Source: Rotaria magnacalcarata (lineage: Eukaryota). Taken from it: 55,857 bases of DNA. Positions 1 to 15,318 of the stretch are shown here, piece by piece (within the stretch, counting starts at the first letter, position 1; each line of letters begins with the position of its first letter). The stretch spans positions 105,559 through 161,415 of the forward strand of contig CBCSLL010000157.1 of NCBI GenBank assembly GCA_965140935.1, written 5' to 3'. A program made the translations under genes and the position numbers. Under the pieces are notes generated by a model that saw only the letters and a list, made by a program, of their open reading frames with translations, had not been told where the DNA came from and searched no databases.

Positions 1-223
1 CCCCCCCGTCAGGAATGGTCTGGTCAATAATGACAATTTTCTCGATAACTCAGCCATTTCTTGACGGATCCTTCTCACCTTCGAACTCGACTGAGATATT
101 GATGAGATCATTCTGTGTACAAAATTTCAAGACAGCTGTATGAGACTTTCAAAAGTTATCGTGTTAACGGCCGGCCGGACACACTGACCGAATCTAGTGT
201 ACTCACTTTTTTTGAGTACACAA
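1..223 (+). repeat. Copy 1 of a roughly 535-bp interspersed repeat family, truncated at the window edge. It is homologous to 31082-31617 (same orientation) and 7792-8320 (inverted).
   Basis: Direct alignment by eye. Shared blocks are ggatggtctggtcaataatgacaatttt...ctcagccatttcttgacg...ccggccggcc...gtgtactcactttttttgagtacacaa. One terminus carries a 9-bp-stem hairpin (gtgtactca...tgagtacac). Confidence 0.7.
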
Positions 224-851
224 TAAGTTCAGTCTCTTATTTTACCTGGGCAACTGATAAATATGTTAAGATTCCAGTTTCAACTTTAATAAATAGATTT
301 TCTTTTGCACTTGTGCTATGTTATAGAGATTAGCGATCGAAGTTGCGAGTGATTCTGAATCTGCTAATGATAATGTTTAAGATACGAGCTAACTCAATTT
401 TTGCAAGAATAATTCAGTTTTTCAAAAACAAAAGAGGAATATAGGAAAAAAGCTTAAAATCGTCTGTGATAGAATAGGATCCATTTAAGAAACATAGGAA
501 ATATAGAAGTATAGCCCCGCTACGAAATCAGTTCTTCTATTATATTCACCACTCATATTTTGATTGACTCAATGTATTGTTGGTGATAGAAAAGCAATCA
601 TATCATAAATATTGAGAGCATGTGAAAAACTCAATGGGACTATGTATTTTGTGTGTATTACTCTCTGATATCAGAATATGAAAAACCTTTTTTGTTCTCT
701 TTGTTCCCTTAATTTTGTAAAATGAAAACCATTTTTCATTTCTAATGATTAAAACAAATGTCGATATTATTAGACAGAACAACAACGATAAATGTCATTT
801 GACAATCAACTTCTAAAATTAAATACAAGTAAAAAAGAAAATAATTTTTCT

Positions 852-3295
852 TCAAGTTGTTTTCCATTTCATACGGACTACATGTCTTTCTGATCTTTTA
901 CGCGCTGGGTCATCTTCTGGAAAAAGTTTTGCCCGAATTTTCCATGCTTTCTCAAAATATTCTAAAGCAAGTTGATTCTCGTCCATCGCTTCATATTTAT
1001 GTCCTGCACTACTGAAACTTATTGCAAGATCAGAATGATCAAAGGGCAATACTCGTTCACGCATTTTTAACGCTTGCAAACGCAGTTCTAGGGCTTTCAC
1101 TTTTTCTCCTTTCACACTGAGAACGGTAGAGATACTATTAAGAGTAGTAGCAATTGCTGGATGATCCGAAGGAAAGCACTTTTTTTTCATAGCTAGTGCC
1201 AGATGATAATGATTGAAGGCTTTTTCATGTTGAATTTTAGTCTGATAGACATCAGCAATATTATGAAGAACATTAGCGATATTAGAATGATCTTCGGGTA
1301 AACATGCTTCATAAATTTGCAAAAGACGAAAGAAAAAAATTGAATGCTTTTTCACTATCTTTGGTCATTAGATGAACGATGCCGATTGAATTTACAGTTT
1401 CACCAATGTGAACATGAATTTTAGGTAAACAAACTCGCTTGGTATTCAATGCTTGTTCATAATAATGGAGTGCTTCACGATACTTGCGTAGTCCTCGATA
1501 GCACGATCCAATATTATGCAGGCAATGTGCCATTTCGAGTTGACGCAAACCATTTAACTCTTCCAATATTTGTTTTGCTCTATTACAGTACTTAAGCGCT
1601 TCTTCATATTGACCTTGCTCAACTAAAACATGACTCATGTTAAGTAATATATTTGTGGATTCTCGAAGCAAAGATGGATGAGATTTTCTCATCAGTTGAT
1701 AGGCTACATCAAAAGGATGCATAGCTTGCTCATATTCAGCATTGGTCTGACATACTAGGCCAAGTTGATTATGGATTTATGCAAGATTTTCATTTCCAGG
1801 ATCTCTTAATAATTGTTGAAAAGAAGTTTGAGCTGCCTGATAGTGACCCATCCGAGTCAATAGTGATCCAAATCATATTGATACACTATTTCCTTGCATT
1901 TCACTCTTTGTTTCTTCAATATACTGTCTAGCTATTTCTTGTCCTTCACCTGTTACACTTAATGAAATTTTCCACACATCATCTTCTTCAGTAACCGATT
2001 GAACTTTAAAAACGGTACCCAAGTCGAATAATACTTCTTGCTCGTCAGGAAAATTACTGAAATTTGTTATATCGGCAAAGACAGAAGAATTTTCCTCTTC
2101 GTTTCAACATTCAATCTCAAATAGTACTGGAACAGAGTCAGATTGATTTTTATCCTTTATAGCAAAATTAATCGCTATGGAACGTGAACGACTTGTGGAT
2201 AAATAACCATTAATGGAAATGAGTTTACCCTCATTGGATCGAAATTCTTCAAGTTCAACCAATGTTAATCGTACACCACGATAGACAGTTGTGAATATTT
2301 CATTATCAGTCTCCACCATCATTTTATTGTGTTCCCGTGCCAAGGTCAACGACAGATCCGCAATAAAGAAGCGAAAAGTATACAGCTGTTGAATATCTTC
2401 TGTACGCAGTGCTTTATTTAACATTTTATAGACAAAAGTCTCTCGTGTATACCACTGAATGCAATCTTCACTTGTATAAGAATTTTCAAATTCATCAATT
2501 GATTTTAATGCCCTTTCATTCCCTTGATGATAATTGCGACATGCATGAATCATTTGTTTTTGGCTTTAGGATTTGAAGGAAGCGAAACAATAACATTGTT
2601 ACATAATTGAAACCTATGAATACAAAGAACAGTATATAAAATCCAATGAAAATAACTATTTTATCAGGATTTTTTAATTGTCTATCCGTTGTATTAAGAG
2701 GTTCTACAAACTCTTTTATTTCACAAAGCTGCTAATGATGAGAGTCCTTTATTTTACGCAAAGTTTATTGCTTTAAAATTGAATTTTGATAAATCGCGAA
2801 AAAGATTCTTACCAAAGAAATTCTGCTGCGCGTTCTGATACATTGATCGAAATTTTCTGTTTTTGATTATAGAAACTGAATGTTTCCACTTGTTTATTGA
2901 GTAAACGAAGTTTTTTTTACAAAGGTTTGCGTCTAGCTCTATTCTATCAGTGAATATGCCAGATATCTTGGAAAATCTTTCCATCAAGTCTAAATTTTCT
3001 TCACGCCATGTACAATATATGAATACTGATTCGAGTTGTTTTAAATCAATAATAGGAGGTAACAAAATTGTACCCATATTTCTGAAGTACTCAAAAAACT
3101 TTTTTCGCCAGTGACTGATTTAATGTATGAAATGCATTCTTCTATGTTATTGTAAACGAGAACATAATCATTGATCTCACGTAAAGTCTTCATTCTATCT
3201 GCCATCGAATTCATCTCACCAATTTTTGAATCAAACCAAATCAGGGTAATATTCTCCTTATTCGTTTCTGATGATCGATCACATAGTGGTGCCAT
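852..3295 (-). pseudogene. Disrupted gene with an N-terminal domain of unknown function, then a mono-ADP-ribosyltransferase (R-S-EXE type) domain, then kinesin-light-chain-like TPR repeats. It carries in-frame stops and frameshifts.
   Basis: ORFs 3041..3295, 2754..3077, 2104..2553, 1309..1722 and 852..1355 are collinear on the minus strand. The ART motifs are visible in ORF 2104..2553: VYRG (Arg), YLSTS (STS) and FEIEC (EXE). TPR-like 34-aa repeats are in the last two ORFs. The single frame running 2553->1309 contains in-frame stops at 2104-2106 (TGA), 1873-1875 (TGA) and 1777-1779 (TAA). There are frame changes near 3050-3077 and at the A-run 1331-1338. Confidence 0.6.
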
Positions 3296-5113
3296 TTTAT
3301 TTCTTATTCACACAACAATCGTATTTCGACGTGTCACACTTTAACAAATGTCTCTATTGGTGCAAAAACAACATTTGTCTTGTTATTTACACGATTGTTT
3401 AATTTTCTTCCGTCGTCGAGGGAGACATGAAACATATTTGGAAAAAACTAACAGGTGACTGATTTCTTTTTTCGTTCTGTATTCTTTCGAATTCTTTTCA
3501 TGTCGATGGCAGTGCAGATTAATAATAAAGCGTCAGTCTACTTTTAAACAATGCGATAGACAGAATAGTAGAGGGAAAAAGTATAAAATCATAGCCAGTG
3601 AAGATTGAAACGCTATCGATGCTAGACATCTCGAGATGAATTTTGGATCAAAGAAAGGAGACGATATAAATCAGCTGAGTTTTACATGGGATCATCTTTC
3701 ATACGACGGACTAGAGTTCAACTTAGAGGCTGAACTAGTCACTTTGTTTTGTTCTTTGTCCTATCCATTCTCGTTCTCATACGTGTTGTAGTACTACAGT
3801 TCTATAAATACTTGAAACAGTTTATCATATCAAAGTATTCACACGAGATAACCAATTTAGCATTCGTTCATTACTAAGTTTAAACGAAATTATTGACTCA
3901 GGTATTTTATTCTCATGCAGTTTTTAACTCAGTCAGAATGTATATTTACAATTGTTAAAAATAATTAGTTTCTTATTTATGCTATTGGTGTGAATTATCA
4001 ACGTAATAAATGATTGATACTTATTGCGGCATGACCATGAGCTCATGATTTCATACGAGAAGCAATTTATAGATTTAAAAAATAATTACCACTGTATCAA
4101 CAGTATAGCAGTATATTGTTATCAATAGATATTACTATCTGATGTTAGCATCGTATGACTTTCTCACTAATCAATTAAATAATTAACTAGGCAGCTACGC
4201 CATAGGTTATAGTAAAATAATGAAACAGAGTGGACACGAATAATGTCGCCAATAATAAACAGATAGAATCCGAAGGTAATGACTTCGCCACTGGATCCTG
4301 CTAATTTCTAGTAGAAATCTGCAGGAAATACACGTCGTTTTCGGGCGAAAATGCTAGATTCCAAGTGCCTAACATTTTCTGACCGTACCTCATTGATCTA
4401 GGATAGACTTAAAATGAAAGACGACACTAATTGAGGTGTGCATTGTCAGATTCGTTTTTTCTTGGTTATACGGTATTCGCTGAATTTTCTCAAAACGTAG
4501 TTCGATAGTATTGAGAAACTCTTCTCGAAGCTTATGCTATTTTTTGATACATGTCGTCTCTAACGATCTATTGAAGTCAAGATGATTTCGGTTAGTTTCA
4601 TGAAATCATGCTACAAACTTTTCGGAAAAATTCAATTGCGTTGATAATATTTTTGATACCTATGCTGAAAGTCTAGTTTTAAATTCATGAAAAACTATAT
4701 TAATTTCTTTATGTTTTCGATAATTTCACTGAATTCCTTCTTCCAAATTCTGTAGAAACTATTTTCAAAGTTTGATGATGTGTTTAAGTGTTATTGTGCA
4801 TTTAATCAAAGAACACTGAGAACTATCAAAAAACAAAACTTGGCAAATTTCGAAGAACACTTTCTGTCAAACTTTCTATGTTTATCATTTTTTTTTAACT
4901 AGATATTGACTCTAACAAGTATTTCTTCTGACTGAAAGTAACAATCTTATATTGGAATAGTCTTGCTCGAATAAGTAATTATCATGATGTTTTCATTTTC
5001 GAAGTAGTTCATGCAATTCTAGTTTAATGATAGAAATATGCAACAAAAATAACATATGATTTAAAGCATAAAGATTCATCTATCAGCTAAAATAAGTCAG
5101 ATTAACTGTTGTG

Positions 5114-5929
5114 CTAATTTCTATAAGTCAGTTCTGCCAATACCGGCAGATGATCTGAGGGATAATACTTATTATTGGAATCAGCTAAATGTGCATGTCG
5201 TAACACTTCGAAGCGTGATGGTGTAATGAAAATGTAATCTATTCGATCATCTATACCATATTTTACGTCAAAGGTAGACCAAGTGCCATCGGGACCAGAA
5301 TGAGCAGATGCTGTCGAAAGTTTTGCATCTGCGAAGTTTATGCTATTTGTAATTGTATGATAAGCATCTGATTCAGGTTCTGAATTTAAGTCACCAGTCA
5401 AAATTGCACGTGCTGAGTATCCAACTATCTGCTCTATACGAGTTAAGATAAGTTTAGCACTTTCTCGACGAGCTATTAGACCTTTGTGATCAAAATGAGT
5501 ATTGAAATAAAACATTTCTTTGTTCATCAGTCGATCTCTGAGTTTGACCCAGCTGCATATACGTGGCAAAGCTGCATCCCATCCTTTAGTGCCAGGTTTA
5601 TCTGGTGTTTCTGACAACCAAAAAGTACCTTTCTCATTGAGTTCAAAACGATCATGCCGATAAAATATGGCACAGCACTCGCCATTATCTTTCCCATCGT
5701 TTCGACCAACAGCATAAGAACCGTAATTCGATAATCCAGATTTTAAATCTGTCATCTGTTTAGGAAGACATTCTTGAACACCAAGAATATCAGGTAAATA
5801 ATGCTGAATAAGATTAATAACACGGTCTTTACGAAAATACCATTGATTTCGACCATCAATAATAGTATCCAAACGAATATTATAAGTCATTACACGAAAC
5901 GGCCATGTATGTTGCTCGAATGACATCAT
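5114..5929 (-). CDS. Endonuclease/exonuclease/phosphatase (EEP) family hydrolase. Single exon, 271 aa.
   Basis: Uninterrupted ORF. EEP motifs are present: MTYNIR, LGVQEC, FNTHFDH, GDLNS and SDHLPV (C-terminal SDHxPV). There is no intron although neighbouring genes are intron-rich. TAG stop. Confidence 0.8.
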   Translation of the reverse strand: MMSFEQHTWPFRVMTYNIRLDTIIDGRNQWYFRKDRVINLIQHYLPDILGVQECLPKQMTDLKSGLSNYGSYAVGRNDGKDNGECCAIFYRHDRFELNEKGTFWLSETPDKPGTKGWDAALPRICSWVKLRDRLMNKEMFYFNTHFDHKGLIARRESAKLILTRIEQIVGYSARAILTGDLNSEPESDAYHTITNSINFADAKLSTASAHSGPDGTWSTFDVKYGIDDRIDYIFITPSRFEVLRHAHLADSNNKYYPSDHLPVLAELTYRN

Positions 5930-7791
5930 CTGAGAAAATATAATATGAATGAAAAGAATTTCTTATTTAAATCGTAAATAACGACCAATGATATGTTAAA
6001 TTATTTAGTTTAAGAAGACAAAATTGAGTTTCGAATAAAAAATGAAAATAGAAACAAATACAGTAACCCCTTCAATAAAACTTTGTTGATTTATCTATTT
6101 TGAGTAAGTTAGTCACACAAGAAGAGTCTCTATTAGTCGAATATAACAGAGTACTTCATAGAAAACCAAAATTTACAAAGCGACAGTTTTCATTAAGATC
6201 TATCGCCATCTATATTTTAAAAATTATATAGCCGTAGTATAATTATTGTCATTCAGTCAGACGATATCTATATTAGGATCAAAGTGTTTTTTAATACATC
6301 AGAGTAATGATCGAAATTTATGGAATTTAAATTCTTTCATAAAAAAAATAATGTCCTATTCATCATTTTTCGAATAAAATTAATTTTACTATATCAGCGA
6401 GTTAACTTTAGCATGTTAGCCTCGTGTTCATATTACATTTCATGTTCATTGAATTGTAGTAAGTCAGAAACGACAAGATTCCCATTATACATTAATAAGA
6501 GTCTGTTCAGCAAGCAAAAATTGAATCAAATCTTTTAGTCATATGTGAGAATTTTGTGTCGATTTCTAATCAACTATGAATAGTAAAGTCTAAAAACAGT
6601 GCCCAGACATTAGGTAAGTGATAAGATATATATATAACAAGGAATTTATGATGTGCGTGAACACTTGCATATCCTAGTTTTCAAATACGGAAGGTATTGA
6701 ATTTTCATTTTTCGTTTTCGGATTTTTTCACCAAACAAAATGAGTTACAGTCTGAAAGCAGCGAAAATCTGTTAAAACTAGGTGTAAATATCTCACACTC
6801 TTCCGTGAACACATTTTCGTCTTTGCATATGTATTTAAGTTTGAATAGGTTTAATAAAATATTTAAAAAATTAGTTCTTAGCGTCTGAACAACTAATGTA
6901 GTTTGAATGTAGCATTGATCATCTCATTTAGGAAGATAGTGCTGATAAATATAATCTGCGCACTATCATATTAGTTAACATGTTCGAAAATTTACTTCGA
7001 AAGAAGCATTCATATCTAGTTTGACTTCAATAAAAGCATACAACAATCAGTAATTAAAATATGAAAAGAAACTGGAGAAAAAAGTGCATCTATGCACATA
7101 TTCCCTATATCAGAAATTCCTATTTTTAGTTTTAACTCAGTTTTTCGACACATAAATGCCTAAGATATTCGAAGATAGGTTTTACTTCTACGCTCGATCA
7201 ACGATTTCGCCGAAAAGTATACTATACATAAATTATTATAGATTCGAGCAGCAGAAATTTCGCAACCTTGCTTCAATTGACATCACTGCGGATGAGATGT
7301 CTGAGTAGGATCTACAAAAGTCAATAAATACCAATCTATTCAATTTTCTCTCATGGTGTACTTTTAATCTTTTTTTCATAATGATACGAAATTGTTAGCT
7401 CTCACCACTGAATCGAAATATTCATACTCGTTTAGATCTCATAGATTCAGTGCATGTTAGAGATTTAGCTATTTTACACTGCAATGATAAATTTTTACGT
7501 CTTTTCTAGAATTCCCTATGATTATCTTTAAGATTCTACAAAGAAATGATGCTGAGCTATTATTATTATCTTTGGTTCGTATAAAATTCCTGATGTTTTT
7601 CGTACGAAAGTAGCGTTTTACCGCTGATTTCATCACATCTCAAGCAATTATTTACTAGACAACGTCATACGAGTAAATATCCAAACTTGAGTTTATGAGA
7701 TATGGTCATAGATTATACCGCGCTCTTTGGTATGCTAGGAGTTACAATGGGTTTGTCCTACTAATATTTTTAGCATGTTTAGGAAATCTTT

Positions 7792-8320
7792 TTGTGTACT
7801 CAAAAAAAAATGAGTACACTATAGAATCGGTCAGTGTGTCCGTCCGGCCGGCCGTTTACACGATAACTCCGGAAAGGCTGATCAGATTGTCATGAAATTT
7901 TGTAGACAGCATTATCTCATCTATGTCTCAGTCGAGTTCGAAGATGAGAAGGATCCGTCAAGAAATGGCTGAGTTATCGAAAAAATTGTCATTTTTGACT
8001 ATACCATCCCTGAGGGGGAGTACAGGGATTTTTCAAAACAAAAATTTCTCTCAGAATTATCCACAACATATATAAATCGACTCAGTTTTTAACGCTGATT
8101 CCGAATCTGATACTAGTTTTGAACAAAATCGTAGCTTTCTAACGAAACATCGCCTGAAAAAGGTCTCAAAATGCACAAAAACTGAATTCAGAAACCAAAT
8201 TGCCTAGTTTCTCATGATAATTTTGGTGTTCAGACATTCTAGAATGACTCACATATCCCATGCACTTTTTGCAGTACACATAACTCTCGGATGAAATCCG
8301 AAGTTTCCACATTTATTTAT
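7792..8320 (-). repeat. Copy 2 (inverted, full length) of the roughly 535-bp interspersed repeat family.
   Basis: It is the reverse complement of 31082-31617 along its whole length. The hairpin end lies at 7792-7816 and the other terminus at 8307-8320 (ccacatttatttat). Confidence 0.75.
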
Positions 8321-8761
8321 TGTTAGATTTATGACGCACCTGCCAGTTAGTCCTTTTAGGTTACAATGCGAAAATATCTGGAAAACATATGAACCATTAA
8401 ACTCACCATTGCTTTTCTCCTCCTTGCTTTCGCGCACAGAAGATCTTCGAAAAAAATAAAAAATCTTCTCGTATGCTGCTTATTACTATTTTTTTGATCA
8501 ACCATCCAGGAAATTCATAAAAAGCCCATATCAAGAACTGGGACACAGAAGTTTCGTATACTTTGGAAGAAATAAAGTAGGCACCAATGCACCATCATAA
8601 ATGAAGTCTTTCTAATAGGATTAGGGTACTATGTAACGGTGCTATATTCTTACTCAAGTAACAAGCTTCCAATTCTGTATTTAGTACCCTCATAGAATTT
8701 TATTCAAATTAATAAACTTGAAAACAGTTCTGTCAAAATTTTACAATAGCGGTTCGTCAAT

Positions 8762-10019
<1,258 letters not shown>

Positions 10020-10087
10020 TTTTGTTGTATGCGATTTCTTTGTTGACGAAGCGAAGTTGAAAATAAAATAAGAGTGTAATAGCTACA

Positions 10088-10098
10088 TTTTTATATAT
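10088..10098 (-). promoter_or_regulatory. Candidate TATA box (tatataaaa on the minus strand), roughly 70 nt upstream of the cathepsin ATG.
   Basis: Sequence motif only. Position is relative to the start codon at 10017-10019. Confidence 0.25.
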
Positions 10099-11224
10099 CA
10101 TTGCACTAGATTAATATGATAAGACATTTATTTTCATATCACTTACGAAAAGAAAAAATATCACCGCTCACTTGCAACAACAAGGAAAAAAAACGAAGTT
10201 CTTATCTTTTGTAAACGCTGCGCGACATATATTCAATTTTAAACGTTGCGACGCAAAAAAATCTTTCACACAGTATAACAGTACATAACAATTTTAAGAA
10301 AGTACAACTAACTGTAACAATATCAATACCAAGAGTGCGTCGCTATCCGTATTTCACATCCAAAAAATACTATTTCTTTTTCTTATGATTAGTAATTACT
10401 ATAGTTTTGTTTCATCTAATATTTGGAAATTAAGTCATTCAAATCATTGAGTTCTTAAACACTTTTTATTCTTGCAAAGTGAAAAAAATTTAGGAAAGGT
10501 TGACCTTGGCGAATTCTGTACAGATTTCGTTCAAGACAAAATAATTTGGCTTGTAATATTACTCGACTAAGTTGATGCATACAATAAATTAAAAGCTAAA
10601 GAAATTGTCAGAGTATAAATACGAGCTTACATAAATAACTATACAGCGAACTTCTTCTATGCTTTTTGTTTTGTTATCTATGTGCTAGAAAAATGACCAA
10701 GTGTATTTCATGTTATTCGGTAGCAACTCTTTATCTCTTGTAATCTGTCATATCATTATTACATGCATTCATGTAGAGAAGAGAAGATGATAACATTGAA
10801 CATGAATCAAATTAAGTAAAAAAATCATAAGAGACAATCAGTTACTTTAGTATGACTGGAAAAATAACTATTATTTTCAAAGAGTTCTCATGTAAATGTA
10901 GATTTTCATGAAGTAAACTGAGTATCTAATGATACAAATAAAAACATTGATCTGAGTCAAAATTTAACTTTTTTTCTATTTGATTTAACATATTACAATT
11001 GAAAATAAAGATCTATGTCATCAAGTAACTATTTTATTTATAATTTAAAAGGAATTTACTGTTAATGATAGAAACTTTTTGACCTATACTCTGTATGATA
11101 TTTATTCAATTTTTTGGATTCAAAAAAATGTAACTTATTTTAGTAGCTTCCATGACTAAGATAAAAAATTAATTATAAAAAAAGACAATTGTTTATCGTA
11201 TCAATTACTTATGGAATCAATAAG

Positions 11225-13100
<1,876 letters not shown>

Positions 13101-14128
13101 GTTTTAATTTAGCAGTAGCAAAAATATATTATATGAAAAGCAATTGTGTCGTTTGTAAATATAGATACTGATAAGCAACCGAAAGTGTTATCAAGTTTCT
13201 TAGATAATGGTAAATAAACCGTTTTGCCTAGTTTTGAGACATACCCTTTGCAAGTAAATTCCATATCTTACTATAAATTATGAAGGAATATTTCAATTTT
13301 AAAAATTAATAATGTTCACTTTCTGTAGTCTGATATTTTCTCGTTCTAAACAGTAGACTAAAGCATTTTTCTGACATTTTGTGAAACGCAGTCTTAAATG
13401 GGTGTTAAAACATAGCGAACAGAACTAAGCAACCGTTATGCGCCCTCAATTCGGCACAGAACGTATCAGATGATATTCAAATACTAATTATCATAGATGA
13501 TACTCAGAATTGATAACAGACTGTGATTGATCGCCTATAGAAATTAGTTTTGTTGTGTAGCACACTTTAATCTAGTGAATATTTTACTAATAACTTTTTC
13601 TTTAATTCTAGAAAGCTTTTCATTATATAGTCGAAAGTTAATTTTTTAAATTAATATCTACTAGCAAGCGTATTACAGAAATGTAATCCACTACAATAAA
13701 TTATCATTCTTTGTAATGCTTTTCATTAAATTATGTTGAACCTAAAATATTAATTAACTGGCTAATCAAGGTAAGACATTTCAAGTTCGAGTGAATTCTT
13801 TGATAATTGGAGTTAAGAAGAAAAATACTAAACAATGTTATCAAAAAAAGTAATGATTTGTAACAAATCTTAAACTATTGTTTGCATTAAAGAAATAGGA
13901 TAGGTCAATGTACTCGTAACAAGGATTAAATATTAAACGAGATCAAAAATATCTAATGTGTATATTTTATAAAGCTATTGTAAATGACCATCATTTTTCA
14001 TATAATTTTTATTCCTGACTCCAAAGTAACTACTCGACATGTGCAACTTTCCAATAAAACGATTACGCTTGAAATTTATTGCACAGAATTTTCTTGTCAA
14101 AATAATGTTTTACTGATACAATATACTC

Positions 14129-14763
14129 GGGTCTACGAAAATTGGTCGAATGAAAATTGATCGAACGAAAATTGCGCGCAGTTAATTGGTCGATACGAAA
14201 CTTGGTCGACATGAAAAATAATCAATTTTAATTAATAGAAAATAATCTTCTAATTTTGACTTGCAGTTGATACTAATAAGTGAAATAATGGAAAAAAAGT
14301 ACTTTCAGATAATGCTAGGCACATTTCTGACAAAAAGAAAAGGTAGCATAATTTTTCTGATATATAGAAATTATTATAGACATAGATTATCTCAAAAACG
14401 TTTATGCATTTTAAATAAAATCTATCATAATAAGCTAGATTTCACTTAATGTAATAATGATTAGATTATAAGATTCTTAATAGGTTAAACAACGAGCTAG
14501 TATGCCATGTAAACGGAATCGTACGATTTTTCTCGAATGCCAACATTCACATTGAGCACAACAAGTGGTATCGCTGGTGATCTTCGATCTGCCCAGCCTG
14601 AAGTCATACCTACACCTGCACTCGCACCCTCATCGACACCCGCACATCCACACGCGCACACGCTACGCTCACACTCACACATTCGGCCAATTTTCGTGTC
14701 GACCAATTAACCGCGCGCAATTTTCGTTCGAGCAACTTTCGTTCGACCAATTTTCACTTTCCC
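14129..14763. mobile_element. Non-autonomous DNA transposon (MITE) with roughly 90-bp terminal inverted repeats and an 8/9-bp target-site duplication (a/tATATACTC). MULE-like by TIR length and TSD size.
   Basis: The left TIR (14129-14220) and the reverse complement of 14675-14763 align at about 85% identity. TIRs are built from gaaaattggtcgaa(c/t) subrepeats. The flanks are aatatactc|ggg...ccc|tatatactc. The interior holds only a CA/GT-rich low-complexity stretch, with no transposase ORF. Confidence 0.65.
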
Positions 14764-15215
14764 TATATACTCATATTTTTATTCAGTTATAGCAATAAAA
14801 TATTGCTAAACGGAAATATACCAATAGATATCAATGTTAGATTTTGTTACTTGAAACGGTTCGCTCGTAAAAATTAGCGTTCAGAAAATTTTAAAGAAAA
14901 GACATTTTTATTAAACAATATATTGTTAATATTGTGTTGATAGTTACAGTTGGGTATACTAGTCAAATTCAAACTAAATTAACTTTGTATGATAAACAGA
15001 ATGAAGAAAAAAACTTTTAATTCTACACTTTGACTAGTATGATATTTTACATGAGAAGAAAGTTTAAAAAGCCTTCGAAATTATTTTATATATATTTTAA
15101 CAAGAAAATATGCACAATTGATAACTCTGTATAAGTAACTGCAAAAGCAACTATATCCATCACTGTAACAGTGCACTAAGCGAAACGCACACAGAAAAGA
15201 AAGAAAGAAGGAAAG

Positions 15216-15222
15216 AAAAAAA
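15216..15222 (-). terminator. Pol III terminator T-run (TTTTTTT on the minus strand), 8 nt downstream of the tRNA 3' end.
   Basis: An A7 run on the plus strand at 15216-15222, immediately 3' of the tRNA on the minus strand. Confidence 0.6.
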
Positions 15223-15229
15223 TTACGAA

Positions 15230-15318
15230 TCCGAACTCCCAGATTTGAACTGGGGACCTATAGGTTACTATGATTACTCCATTACAGCCTACCGCTCTGC
15301 CAGCTGAGCTAAGTTCGG
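15230..15318 (-). tRNA. tRNA-Tyr (anticodon GUA) with an intron of about 15 nt immediately 3' of the anticodon.
   Basis: Minus-strand sequence is CCGAACT-TA-GCTC-AGCTGGCA-GAGC-G-GTAGG-CTGTAAT-[intron GGAGTAATCATAGTAA]-CCTAT-AGGTC-CCCAG-TTCAAAT-CTGGG-AGTTCGG-A. It has a 7-bp acceptor stem, D- and T-arms and a TTCAAAT T-loop. The discriminator is A. A canonical eukaryotic tRNA-Tyr intron lies 1 nt 3' of the anticodon. Confidence 0.8.

Noticed and set aside
115-333. ORFs inside the interspersed repeat copies (115..333, 7695..7895 and 8249..8437).
   Set aside because: They differ between copies and have no start or termination context. They are repeat-borne chance ORFs.
5527-5715. Short ORFs lying antisense to, or nested inside, confidently identified genes. 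Examples are 5527..5715, 8809..9018, 8923..9117, 11425..11622, 11630..11854, 23545..23823, 40995..41285, 41639..41830, 41922..42176 and 42969..43151.
   Set aside because: They overlap strongly supported coding exons on the opposite strand or in another frame. They have no recognisable motifs. Chance ORFs of this size are common in AT-rich DNA.
7792-8320. Classifying the 535-bp repeat as a Helitron or a SINE.
   Set aside because: A terminal hairpin is present. There is no CTRR 3' end, no 5' TC, no A/B boxes, no poly-A tail and no TSD. The family is left unclassified.
14565-14792. His-rich ORF HLHSHPHRHPHIHTRTRYAHTHTF.
   Set aside because: It is the translation of a CA/GT-rich low-complexity stretch inside a MITE. 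It is not a metal-binding protein gene.
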